Source: Macrostomum lignano (lineage: Eukaryota). Taken from it: a stretch of 64,000 nucleotides of DNA. The stretch spans positions 1 through 64,000 of the forward strand of contig NIVC01002522.1 of the NCBI GenBank assembly GCA_002269645.1. Reading direction: 5' to 3'. This document shows, in pieces, positions 36,987-49,479 of this stretch (position 1 is the first letter of the stretch; each line of letters starts with the position of its first letter). Position numbers and translations under genes: made by a program. The notes beneath the pieces are model-generated. The model made no database searches. It was not told where the DNA came from and saw only the letters and a program-made list of their open reading frames with translations.

Positions 36987-38873
36987 ATGCTGACGGAAGT
37001 GTCTAAGAATATGTGCTTCGGTGGCTGGCAGAAGGTGTTTAGTCACGAAAGGTGAGGTTGCGGGTATTTTTTTGTGTTGCTGAGAGTTTATCTTACAGAT
37101 CTTCAGGCTGTGTGATGGGTAAATTATTCAAGCAATAATAAAGCACTGCACCAGCCCAAGAGCAGTTCATCTCCCCTGTAACTCTCCAGCTCCGAGCTCG
37201 GCTGCTCAATGCGATTCGCGGTGTACCTGCCGCCCCAGAGCGAGTCCGGGCCCCGTCCGGCCCTGTTTTACCTGTCCGGCCTCACCTGCACAGAGCAGAA
37301 TTTCATCACCAAGGCTGGTGCGCAGCAATACGCCGCCAAGCACGGCCTCATTGTAGTGGCGCCCGACACCAGCCCGCGCGGCATCGGCGTGCCTGGCGAG
37401 GACGACAGCTACGATCTGGGCACCGGGGCCGGCTTCTACGTTGACGCCACCAGGGAGCCATGGGCTAAGAACTACCGGATGCACTCTTACATCACCAAGT
37501 GAGTCGGCTGTTGGCTTGCTCCTGATCTGATCCCATCCTTCCCCCATCCTGAATCCCATCCTTCCCCCTTCCCGATCCCATCCTTTCCCCTTCCCGATCC
37601 CATCCTTTCCCCTTCCCAATCCCATCCTTCCCCCATCCCGATCCCATCCTTCCCCCTTCCTGATCCCATCCTTCCCCCTTCCCGATCCCCATCCTTTCCC
37701 CTTCCCGATCCCATCCTTTCCCCTTCCCGATCCCATCCTTTCCCCTTCCCGATCCCATCCTTTCCCCTTCCCGATCCCATCCTCTCGCCTTCCCGATCCC
37801 CATCCTTTCCCCTTCCCGATCCCATCCTCTCGCCTTCCCGATCCCCATCCTTTCCCCTTCCCGATCCCATCCTTTCCCCTTCCCGATCCCATCCTTTCCC
37901 CTTCCCGATCCCATCCTTTCCCCTTCCCGATCCCATCCTCTCGCCTTCCCGATCCCCATCCTTTCCCCTTCCCGATCCCATCCTTCCTGATCCCATTCCT
38001 TCACTCTTGCTAATCCCATCCTTCCCCTCCCTAATTCTATCCTTTTCCCCTTACCGATACCATCCTTCCACATTCCTGGCGCAATTCTCCTATGCTTCTA
38101 ACTCCCGATTCCTATATAGCTCATTTGAGTCCTGTGTAGCTAATTTAAGTTCCTATGTAGCTCATTTGATTCCTATCTATCTCATTTGAGTCCTATCTAG
38201 CTCATTTGATTCCTATTTATCTCATTTGAGTCCTATCTAGCTCATTTGAGTCCTATCTAGCTCATTTGAGTCCTATCTAGCTCATTTGAGTCCTATCTAG
38301 CTCATTTGAGTCCTATCTAGCTCATTTGAGTCCTATCTAACTCTTCAGTAATCCCAGACTCAATATTTATCAAACTGCTCCCAACATCCCTCCAGAGAGC
38401 TGATGAAGCTGGTGCAGGAGAATTTCCCTGTAAAGCCTGGCGCCATCGGCATCACCGGGCACAGCATGGGCGGTCACGGCGCCCTGATCTGCGCCCTGCG
38501 CAACCCCGGCCTCTACCGGTCCGTGTCGGCCTTCTCCCCGATCTGCAACCCGTCCGCCTGTCCCTGGGGGCAGAAGGCTTTCACTGCTTATTTCGGCGAA
38601 TCGGCCTCGGCTGACTGGGAGGCTCACGACGCGACGAAGCTGGCGGCTGGCTACGCCGGGCCCGAGCTGGAGCTGCTCATCGATCAGGGCGAGGCGGACG
38701 AGTTTCTAGGAAAAGGCCAGCTGCTGCCCGAGCGTCTGGTGAACGCCTGCTCTGGCAATGCCCGGCTGAAGACCCGGCTGAGAATGCAGAAAGACTACGA
38801 TCATTCCTATTTCTTTATTGCCAGCTTCATTGGAGATCACATTGAGCATCACGCTAAGGCGCTGCTGGCCTAA
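36987..38873 (+). CDS. ESD: S-formylglutathione hydrolase / esterase D, 283 aa
   Basis: Exons 36987-37051, 37190-37498 and 38396-38873 (both introns phase 2, GT-AG). Motifs [37 protein letters not shown], nucleophile [23 protein letters not shown]. Confidence 0.96.
37530..37995. repeat. About 22-bp pyrimidine-rich tandem repeat (cccatcctttccccttcccgat) in ESD intron 2
   Basis: Direct reading. Confidence 0.94.
38135..38340. repeat. 20-bp tandem repeat (ctcatttgagtcctatctag) just upstream of ESD exon 3
   Basis: Direct reading, about 10 units. Confidence 0.93.
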
Positions 38874-38989
38874 ATTTCTGACTTACGGAATTGAGAGATC
38901 GACAGCTTTAATCTGAGCTCATCTGCCATTGCTGTCTGGTTGTCTTCAAGTTTTCTTACCTTTCGATTCTCCAGCACTTTTTGTTCCTA

Positions 38990-39325
38990 TCTGAGTCCTC
39001 TCTGACTCATCTGAGTCCTCTCTGACTCATCTGAGTCCTCTCTGACTCATTTGAGTCCTCTCTGACTCATCTGAGTCCTCTTTGACTCATCTGAGTCCTC
39101 TCATTCACTGAGTCCTCTCTGACTCATTTGAGTCCTCTGTAACTCATCTGAGTCCTCTCTGACTCATTTGAGTCCTCTCTGACTTATTTGAGTCCTCTCT
39201 GACTCATTTGAATCCTCTCTGACTCATCTGAGTCCTCTCTGACTCATCTGAGTCCTCTCTGACTCATCTGAGTCCTCTCTGACTCATTTGAGTCCTCTCT
39301 AACTCATCTGAGTCCTCTCTGACTC
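38990..39325. repeat. 20-bp tandem repeat (ctcatctgagtcctctctga) downstream of the ESD stop
   Basis: Direct reading, about 16 units; unit related to 38135-38340. Confidence 0.93.
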
Positions 39326-41070
39326 ATTTCAATCTTTTCAGACTCCTTGATTAACCCTAGACTCCTAATGCACATCATTTTCTAACGCCATCATATTTAT
39401 GATTATAATTATGCTAGCAGTTTTGTCATGGCTATTCTGAATCAGAAACTGAAATCAATTTATCGCCCCTATGATTTGTCAAATTTATATTATTCAACTC
39501 ATTATAGCGCCGAGACATACAATATAGCCATTTGACTGATTCTCCGTTTTCAACCTCTGTTGTAGCCCTAACAACTTATAGTGTCTGTAGTGTTTCATGA
39601 TTGATTTGATTATTCGTTTTTCTATATTCATCTTTGTTCCGGTGTTTTGTTCCGCAATAAATTTAACTAATCATAATAACCAGTGAAAATATAACAAAAA
39701 ATATTGTCGTTACTTCGTGTCATCTTATTAGGATTTATGAAATAATCAGAAGAATTTCTCGTCGGTTTTAAATGATTTTAATTCTCACGATCATACCTTT
39801 TACTGTAAGTAGGGTAGTTGGGAATAGGCTAGTTTACTAATTGAAAGAAGCATTTTGCAAACTTTTTTCATTTGCATTTCAATTTTCAAGCCTTGTTGCT
39901 TGGCAACCAGAACTGACCAGTGGTTCAGTTTCCCTCGGGGTCCGGTTTCGTTGAGAACTGCTTAAATTTTTCAATTTTTTGGTGAGGTGAGAAGTTGCAC
40001 TATTCAAATTTAGAATTTTTTGGCTAAGACTTAAGGTGGCTTTAAGGAGAACAATGGCCTGTCCAATGCAAGGGTTAATGATGCCCCCTATAACTCCAAG
40101 GTGTGCATCGATTCTGCTGTAATTATGTTTCTTGATGGGCAGGTGACTTCCTATGGTACGTGAGTAGAGAGTTAGCGACTCCAGACCTTGGTTGGTAGGA
40201 AATGGCTGCATTCTATTGTACTTTTCCTACTTCCTGTGCTGTGTATTGACTAACCATCTTTTCACAAGGCGCCCCGCAAAATGTAGAATGTTCCAGATTT
40301 TCGTCCACTTTTCTTTTTTTACGTCTTAAGTCGTTGCTACAGTACATCTGTATTGTCCTTGCTTTTAGAAAAGTTATAGATTAATGCTGCATAAGAAGGT
40401 AGAACTGTAGTTAGCAAAAGCTATTGTGCTCAGAACTGCTAGCCAATTACAGCAGGGTGAGCTGTAGCTCAGAGCTGCCAGCCAATCACAGCAGGGTGAG
40501 TTGGAGCTCAGAGCAGAGCTGCCAGCCAATCGCAGCAGGGTGGGCTGCAGCTTTCACGGCGAACACCAACAAGCAGCCGCCTACCTATTCAACTTCAAGT
40601 ACTAACCGAGGCCAACTGTGCTTAACTCTACAACAATACGGAGACAACGTATTGTAGACAACATACTACAATATTGAATTTCCAAAAGAAGATAAAGCGC
40701 ACAAATTACTGATTTCTGGTGTTTTTAAAGTGAGACAAAAATAGATAAAACTTTTCTCAGTAGTTTTCAGTCACTGCACGATCTTAATGAGAAAAAGCAT
40801 TTAGAGCCAGCTCGGGATAAAATAAATATTAGGGCCTACCTAAATAGATCCGCGCAAATTCAATTTAACGGCTTTTATGAGCAGGGCATATTTATGGTAG
40901 TCCGTGTACACGATCAAGTGTGAGGCACTGAGGTTTATGAAAGTACATGAAATCTAATGAAAAGATATGGACAGTAACTTTTTTTATAGATTTGCCTTTG
41001 AAAAGAATGTACTTTATTTTAAAAAATACTCTATGGCGAGAGTCAGTGGCGATACGGGGTTTACGTATCA

Positions 41071-41279
41071 GATTAAACATGCCTTTTGAGGGAGTCATTT
41101 GTATAAATCACGAGGGCCTGAGGCCCGAGGGATTTATGAAAATAACTCCCGAAAAAGGCATGTGTAATCTCAAATAAACCATAGACATAAAGACTTTACG
41201 GGATATTATTGAATATTACCAAATAAAATCCCGGAGAACGCAAATATTGTCACGGAAAGTCTTTATTTCTATGGTTTAT
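41071..41279. mobile_element. About 100-bp palindrome plus an adjacent 106-bp mini-element with 37-bp TIRs
   Basis: Palindrome centred on gggcc-tga-ggccc (41071-41169); ataaaccatagacataaagacttt ... aaagtctttatttctatggtttat (41174-41279). Confidence 0.65.
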
Positions 41280-41437
41280 AACTTTATTTATGCTGGAGGA
41301 GTGAGGAAAAACAAAAGTACGAAAATCGACTATTTTTAAAGTATTCTCTGTCACTCCTAATACCGATTTTTATGTTCTCGGCGGTTCGATTTAGTCTGAT
41401 CCGAGGGTGCTGGAAATTTTTGCCCAGCGATGCTCTC

Positions 41438-44400
41438 TCAGGGTCTCCACGGCCTGCTGTGAACTGCTGTGCCGTTGACCATTCTGTCGTTGCCGCTCCA
41501 GTAGCCGCTGCCGGCGCTGTGGACACTGCCTGGCCTCGAAGAGGCGCCGCCATTGCGAACTCCGCGATGGAAGATCACCCACTCGGTCTTGGCGCTGCCG
41601 CTGGCGCCCTGACCCACCGCCGCCACGATCCGAGAGCTGCGAGCCAATCAGAGATCGGGAAGCTCTCATTAGCCAATCAGAGATCGGGAAGCTCTCAATA
41701 GCCAATCAGAGATTGGGAAGCTCTCAATAGCCAATCAGAGATCGGGAAGCTCTCAATAGCCAATCAGAGATCGGGAAGCTCTCAATAGCCAATCAGAGAT
41801 CGGGAAGCTCTCAATAGCCAATCAGAGATCGGGAAGCTCTCAATAGCCAATCAGAGATCGGGAAGCTCTCAATAGCCAATCAGAGATTGGGAAGCTCTCA
41901 ATAGCCAATCAGAGATTGGGAAGCTCTCAATAGCCAATCAGAGATCAGGAAGCTGTCAATAGCCAATCAGAGATCGGGAAGCTCTCAATAGCCAATCAGA
42001 AATAGTAGCTCTCAAAGACCAGTCCAGCTTATATCTAATCTAACAATGATACTCATCAATAACTCATCGTATGAGCCATCGTCCTCTGACTTGCATGTAC
42101 CTATGACATATCTCTATACCCATCTCATTACCTGTCAATGGTATCTGAGCCCTGTACAATGAGCAAGCCTGAACAGGTGGCAATGCCCGAGTCATTCTCG
42201 GCTGTCACGCTGTACCGACCAGCCTCTGCGACAGTGACCCGGTGCACCAGCAGGCGGTGTGTTTGGCCGCGTTGATAAACTTCAAACCGGCTGTCATCTG
42301 CTCTAATTGGTTGGCCGCGGAAACTCCAAGTTACCTTCAATTTTTTTATATTATTATTGGGTTATGCTTTTTAATAAATATTGGAGTTCAAATCAGGAGC
42401 TATCTAACATAATAACTGGTCCTTTTGATTAAGGATTCTCTGTTGATGCCCAGTTTCTATTTAAAAGAATTGTTTTAGTTGAATGTACATGCAACACGTG
42501 ACGATAGCGGAGGAGAATTATTTGCTGACCGAATAAAATCTCGGCAAAAGTACAGTTTCAAGGCGACGCGATAAAGTGTATGGTTCAAGGTCACTTGTTT
42601 CATAGGCCTACATTATTGAATTATATAGAGCATATAGTTTGACCTTGAAATTTGCCACGCGGCATTCCCGTGACCAACGGCCTTGGGAATTTCTCAGAAG
42701 CCTCTAAGAAACTTAGAACGTAGACACGCGCGCATGCTGCCCCTAATTGGCCAAGAAAGAAGTCACGTGACAATAGCATGTTTCTTCCTATGACCTACAA
42801 TCACGCGACAGCTGCGTGACATCCCTAATTGACCCCAGAATATTGGTTTGGTATATACAAGTATATTTAATTCAAGATAAACTCGGAATCCGCGCCCTCC
42901 AAACGTACCTCTGGCTCCGGCCAGGCGCTTATCTCGCATTCGAGCGACATTCGGTCGCCGGGCCGGCAGAACTCGTCCCGGAATAGGCGCGAAAATTCCG
43001 GCGGCGACTGACGCTTCAGCTGCTGCCACTGGACACGTTGCTGCCTTCGCCGCAGCTCCTCGTTGTCCGTCTCGTCCGCCTGAGTCTCGCAGGCGTTGCC
43101 ATTGACAACGCCGTGTTCACTGTCAATGCTGGCACGTCTGACAGCCGACAGAACAACTGGCTGCCACTGCTGCTCCGGCTTCTTCGGCTGGTAGATTTCA
43201 TTAGATTCGGACACTCTGACCAGGCACTGGCACTCGGTGGAGCCGATGGGATTCCAGGCTTCCACCTTGTATAGTCCGGCGTGATCCAGCGTCACGTGCT
43301 GCATCAGCAGCTTGTGCTCGTCGCCTGATTCAGAGAGCTGAGGAGACATTTTTGTCAGACCTTGCTTGCTGGAGTTGCACTGAGTCGTATAAATTCATGG
43401 CGGGCGAGTCACCTCCACATCAATGTCACCTGCACACTAATGCCCTGTCACCTCCACCTTAATGTCACCTGCACACTAATGCCCTGTCACCTCCACCTTA
43501 ATGTCACCTGCACACTAATGCCCTGTCACCTCCACCTTAATGTCACCTGCACACTAATGCCCTGTCACCTCCACCTTAATGTCACCTGCACACTAATGCC
43601 CTGTCACCTCCACCTTAATGTCACCTGCACACTAATGCCCTGTCACCTCCACCTTAATGTCACCTGCACACTAATGCCCTGTCACCTCCACCTTAATGTC
43701 ACCTGCACACTAATGCCCTGTCACCTCCACCTTAATGTCACCTGCACACTAATGCCCTGTCACCTCCACCTTAATGTCACCTGCACACTAATGCCCTGTC
43801 ACCTCCACCTTAATGTCACCTGCACACTAATGCCCTGTCACCTCCACCTTAATGTCACCTGCACACTAATGCCCTGTCACCTCCACCTTAATGTCACCTG
43901 CACACTAATGCCCTGTCACCTCCACCTTAATGTCACCTGCACACTAATGCCCTGTCACCTCCACCTTAATGTCACCTACACACTAATGCCCTGTCACCTC
44001 CACCTTAATGTCACCTGCACACTAATGCCCTGTCACCTCCACCTTAATGTCACCTGCACACTAATGCCCTGTCACCTCCACCTTAATGTCACCTGCACAC
44101 TAATGCCCTGTCACCTCCACCTTAATGTCACCTGCACACTAATGCCCTGTCACCTCCACCTTAATGTCACCTGCACACTAATGCCCTGTCACCTCCACCT
44201 TAATGTCACCTGCACACTAATGCCCTGTCACCTCCACACAAATGTCACCTGCACACTAATGCCCTGTCAGCTGAATCCAGCTCCTATAGTTTTTCATGCA
44301 TGAGAATATAGTCATTTCCTGCTCAGAAGCATTCAGACTTAAGCAGAGAAGCAGAAGCTAGCTAAATTGCTAGGAAAGTCGTCTCCATTGCTAGATGCAG

Positions 44401-47400
44401 AGAGCAATGATAGAAAGCATTTTTAATAGCTTCTACAATAAAAGTGCAGGAACTGGCATGCAATTGTGTAGATGGAATAGAGCAATTTGTTACCTCGCTG
44501 CAAATCTGTAAATTGATCAATGGTTTTTAAAAGCATCGAAATCAAACAAAAATGCAAAATACAACCAGAGCTAATGCTACCCAAAGCGAGGCTCACCATG
44601 ACAAAGTTGTTGCTATGGAGACGAGCTCCATCTTTGTGCCAGGCAACCTGCGGCCTGGGATAGCCGTGAACTGTACAGATGAAGGTCACCTTGTCGCCAA
44701 CTTGCACGTCCAGCTGTTCGCTGAAGCTGCCGGAGAATCTCGGCGCGAACGGAGTCGGAGATGCCAGAGGCGATCCGCGACTGGGCGCTGGGTCTGGCGG
44801 CAGAGGGTCAGGGAGTAGCCGGTAAGCTGCGCGATGGAGGGTCAGGGAGAGCGGCAGGGCACGCGTCTAGAGGGGACTGATGGGTTGGGTCAGAGATGGG
44901 GCTAAGAGTTTGGGTCAGAGATGGGACTAAGAGTTTGGGTCAGAGATGGGACTAAGAGTTTGGGTCAGAGATGGGGCTAAGAGTTTGGGTCAGAGATGGG
45001 GCTAAGAGTTTGGGTTAGAGATGGGGCTAAGAGTTTGGGTTAGAGATGGGGCTAGAGGTTAGTCAATGGTCAAGGGTCAAGGTTAAGCGATGGGTCAAGG
45101 GATGGGTCAAGGGACGGGTCAAGGGACGGGTTAAGGGGTGGGTCAAGGGATATGGATCCAGGAATGGGTCAAAAGACGGGTCAAGGGATGTGGATAAAGG
45201 GATGGGTCAAAAAATAGATTAAGGGATGGGTCAGGGAATGAGCCAAGGGACGGGTCAACGGATGGGTCAACGGATGGGTCTAGGGTTGGATCGATAGGTA
45301 GATAAAGAGATAAGGACTCGATCTGTTTCTGTAGGTGGGTCGAGAGCCTAGTTGAGAGTCTGGGACGAGAGCCTGGGTCAAGAGCCTGGTCGAGAGTCTG
45401 GGACGAGAGTCTGGGACGAGAGCCTGGTCGAGAGTCTGGGTCAAGAGCCTGGTCGAGAGTCTGGGTTGAAAGTCTGGGTCGAGAGTCTGGGTCGAGAGTC
45501 TGGGTCGAGAGTCTGGGTCGAGAGTCTGGGTCGAGAGTCTGGGTCGAGAGTCTGGGTCGAGAGTCTGGGTCGAGAGTCTGGGTCGAGAGTCTGGGTCGAG
45601 AGTAAAGTAAGATGTCGATCAAAGTCAAGTGCTGGTTCGAATGCTGGCCTGTGGTTATGAGATCGGTCAGGAGACCTGACCAAAGAAGCCCAGTGACTCA
45701 ACGTATGGAAAGAATCGCCCCATTACATGTTTATAAGGGTATAAATATTTATACCCTTACTTTGAAAGTTCTGACAAACTAAAAAGCATTTGAGGTCCTT
45801 TATAGAAACCAAAATCAATATCGTAAATTTGTCCAAAGCCTGCAAACGCTGCAACTGAATTGCCAAGCAAAGATTTCTATTAATAGATCTACCTTCCCGT
45901 GTGTCTGGTCCCGACTGCGCCGCCAGATAGGTAATTAATAATTAATTAGTTCAAAATCCAATGCAATGAACTCCGCTGCTGAAATAGCTAGCTGATGAAG
46001 AGGCTGAATTCCTGTGTGGCCTGTGGTAGATCGTAAACCATTCAAGATGTGCCCTCATCAGGTAAGCTGAGAGCGGTATGGGCATTTTGAAAAGGGTGCA
46101 GGGAATTGGGGAAAAGGCTGTGAATGAGCACAGTGTGAATGAATAGGCTGTGAATGAAGAGACTGTGAATGAAGAGACTGTGAATGAAGAGGCTGTGAAT
46201 GAAGAGACTGTTAATGAAGAGACTGTGAATGAGCACACTGTAAATGAAGAAACTGTGAATGAAGAGACTGTGAATGAAGAGACTGTGAATGAAGAGACTG
46301 TGAATGAAGAGACTGTGAATGAAGAGACTGTGAATGAACAGACTGTGATTGAAGAGACTGTGAATGAAGAGACTGTGAATAAAGCGACTGTGAATGAAGA
46401 GACTGTGAATGAAGAGACTGTGAATGAAGAGACTGTGAATAAAGAGACTGTGAATGAAGAGGCTGTGAATGAAGAGACTGTGAATAAAGCGACTGTGAAT
46501 GAAGAGACTGTGAATGAAGAGACTGTGAATGAAGAGACTGTGAATGAAGAGACTGTGAATAAAGCGACTGTGAATGAAGAGACTGTGAATGAAGAGACTG
46601 TGAATGAAGAGACTTGAATGAAGAGACTGTGAATGAAGAGACTGTGAATAAGGAGACTGTGAATGAAGAGACTATGAATGAAGAGACTGTGAATGAGGAG
46701 ACTGTGAATGAGGAGACTGTGAATGAGGAGACTGTGAATGAAGAGACTGTGAATGAAGAAACTGTGAATAAAGAGACTGTGAATGAAGAGGCTGTGAATG
46801 AAGAGACTGTGAATGAAGAGACTGTAAATGAAGAGACTGTGAATGAAGAGACTGTGAATGAAGAGACTGTGAATGAAGAGACTGTGAATAAAGCAACTGT
46901 GAATGAAGAGACTGTGAATGAAGAGACTGTGAATGAAGAGACTTGAATGAAGAGACTGTGAATGAGGAGACTGTGAATGAGGAGACTGTGAATGAAGAGA
47001 CTGTGAATGAGGAGACTGTGAATGAGGAGACTGTGAATGAAGAGACTGTGAATGAAGAGACTGTGAATGAGGAGACTGTGAATGAGGAGACTGTGAATGA
47101 AGAGACTGTGAATGAGGAGACTGTGAATGAGGAGACTGTGAATGAAGAGACTGTGAATGAAGAGACTGTGAATGAGGAGACTGTGAATGAGGAGACTGTG
47201 AATGAAGAGACTGTGAATGAAGAGACTGTGAATGAGGAGACTATAATTGTTTTCAGTCGGTAATGAAATAAGTGAGCCTCAGCCAGGTCCTGTGCTGTTG
47301 GATTGCAGGACACAAAAATGTTTCCGAAGCCCCACCCGACCCTCAGAAGCAGGGGGGGGGGGCGGCGGAGAGGATAACCGAAGGAAATCGATGTCAAGTA

Positions 47401-48614
47401 CAGGGCCGCGGCACCGGCGGTCGATATTGAAATAAGACTGATTTTCTCTGCCTGTGCCTCTCCCTATCTGGAGGCGCAGTCCATAAGACCCCAGCCGGCG
47501 CTGACAAACAGCAGTGGCGGGCGGCCATAGTCCACCTATGCAGAGGAATAATAGGGGGGGGGACTCTGATCAAGCGCTGCAAGTTTTATGGTTTGTTGAT
47601 CGATCAGAGGGCTTGACGTGGAGTGGAGTGAGTATGTGGAGACGGGAGGTGATATGCTAATGCTAATGCTCATAGCTGCTGCTCAGAGTTCCGCCTGGAA
47701 ATTACATTTATGAGTGTGAGATCGGATGGACAAAGGGACTGAAAAAAGATGAATAAGATTCTCAACAACAGGTGCGCAGACAACCAAAATATGTAGGCAG
47801 ACAGGCAAAGCATTGGGCTAGACACTCGGGACAGGTGAATGGACACCCCAAGACAGGTGTAGGCAGACACTCAAGACAGGTGAATGGACACCCCCAAGAC
47901 AGGTGTATGCAGACACTCAAGACAGGTGTAGGCAGACACTCAAGACAGGTGAATGGACACCCCCAAGACAGGTGTATGCAGACACTCAAGACAGGTGTAG
48001 GCAGACACTCAAGACAGGTGTAGGCAGACACTTAAGACAGGTGTAGGCAGACACTCAAGACAGGTGTAGGCAGACACTTAAGACAGGTGTAGGCAGACAC
48101 TCAAAACAGGTGTAGGCAGACACTCAAGACAGGTGTAGGCAGACACTCAAGACAGGTGTAGGCAGACACTTAAGACAGGTGTAGGCAGACACTCAAGACA
48201 GGTGTAGGCAGACACTCAAGACAGGTGTAGGCAGACACTCAAGACAGGTGTAGGCAGACACTCAAGACAGGTGTAGGCAGACAGGTTTATGTAGGATCGA
48301 TCGGCTCAATTCAGCAGCTCACGTCCACCTCCAGAGGTGTCGTAAGTCGCGGCGACCCGCACGTGACACCTGGACTCGACGCGGCCCTCGCAGTTCTCAG
48401 CGACCACCGAGTACACCCCGGCGTCGCCACGGCGAACCGCCGGCAGGTCGAGCCAGAACTCGCCCCGCTCCGGGTCCGAGTCGGTGCCGAATTTCGCCCG
48501 CCGGCCGTCCATTGGCCGACCGTTGAACAGCCAGGAGACCCGCGGCGGCGGCCGGCCCGTGATGCGGCAGCTCAGCCTCAGGCGAGCACCCTCGGACACC
48601 AGCTCTTCGTCCAT
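41438..48614 (-). CDS. Three-Ig (I-set) intracellular protein, titin/palladin/myotilin-like; 5' end may be incomplete
   Basis: Exons 48614-48323, 44826-44597, 43337-42909, 42334-42132 and 41636-41438 join in phase (about 450 aa). I-set motifs LSCRITGRPPPRVSW..DAGVYSVVAENCEG, FICTVHGYPRPQVAW..HAGLYKVEAWNPIG, LECEISAWPEPEVTW..EAGRYSVTAENDSG. Confidence 0.85.
41642..42003. repeat. 29-bp tandem repeat (agccaatcagagatcgggaagctctcaat) in the last intron of the Ig gene
   Basis: About 12 units, abutting the 41637 acceptor. Confidence 0.95.
43410..44270. repeat. 39-bp tandem repeat (ccctgtcacctccaccttaatgtcacctgcacactaatg), intronic
   Basis: About 22 near-identical units. Confidence 0.97.
44885..45602. 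repeat. Three abutting arrays: 25-bp (tgggtcagagatggggctaagagtt), about 12-bp (gggtcaagggat) and 13-bp (gggtcgagagtct)
   Basis: Direct reading; all share a gggtc core. Confidence 0.9.
46128..47242. repeat. 15-bp tandem repeat (gtgaatgaagagact) with a 329-bp higher-order duplication
   Basis: The same deletion variant (gagacttgaatg) occurs at 46614 and 46943; intronic and antisense to the Ig gene. Confidence 0.97.
47790..48283. repeat. 23-bp tandem repeat (gcagacactcaagacaggtgtag) with longer variants
   Basis: Direct reading; starts about 40 nt from the 48322 donor. Confidence 0.95.
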
Positions 48615-49479
48615 CGCTGTCTGTCCGAGTTTTTTGGATGATGGGGGAGAAGATCGATGGAAGGCAGACCGGTTAAAATCTGCGCTGCTTTGTTTATTTC
48701 TGCCGTTGCTGCTTCTGCACTCCTGGCAGTAGCCCTCTTTCTCTCGTTATCTATCACTGCTGAGTCCCTGTGCTCAGTGGAGTCCGGGGAGGGGGTCTCC
48801 GCGCTCCAGCAGGAACCAATCCGAGGGCAGGGGAAGTCCCCGCGTCTCCTCATGCATGAATTCATTCTCCCTTCCCCCAAATCATCTCTTTCTCTCTCTC
48901 TCAGCCTTCGCTTGTAGGCAGGGAGAGGCTTGGCGACAGAGTTTTGGCTTGGGGATCTATAAATACACGAGCTTACCTTACACGGGCCAAGCAGGGATTT
49001 CTACTTTGGCGAGAGAGTACATTGATTTTGCTGGAGATCCTGTCTTTTTCCTTACTACTCTACTTATAGTAAGAATAATGCGTTTATTTATCGATATTTT
49101 TGGGATCTAATGACGCAGAATTATACTACTATACAGCGCCTTAGAAAAACAAATTTTGAGTCATTTGGGCCACCCGTCAAGCAGCAGTGCTAAGAGTGCC
49201 CGCACTTCCTGTCATCGGCTGTCTAATTTGCTAATTTGGGTTTTCTCAGGCATTTTTTATTTAGCAGCGCATTGGTGCCCTCCTTGCCAACCAAAGACTT
49301 TAATAGAATTGCATATTTATGTGCCATGCAGGCAGCGGCCATTTACATTTAGTTGCTTCCCTGTTTTGCATTATCTGGCTGCTCCCAGCAAATTCTTCAT
49401 TACTTTGAACAGTGCGCGACGGGGAATCCATAGGGGAATGCAGATATTGGAAATATGAATGACTACTTCTACCTAACTG

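Noticed and set aside
46150-47263. (NEETV)n acidic repeat protein ORFs
   Set aside because: The array lies in an intron on the opposite strand of the Ig gene, is broken by frameshifting unit variants, and has no splice or start context.
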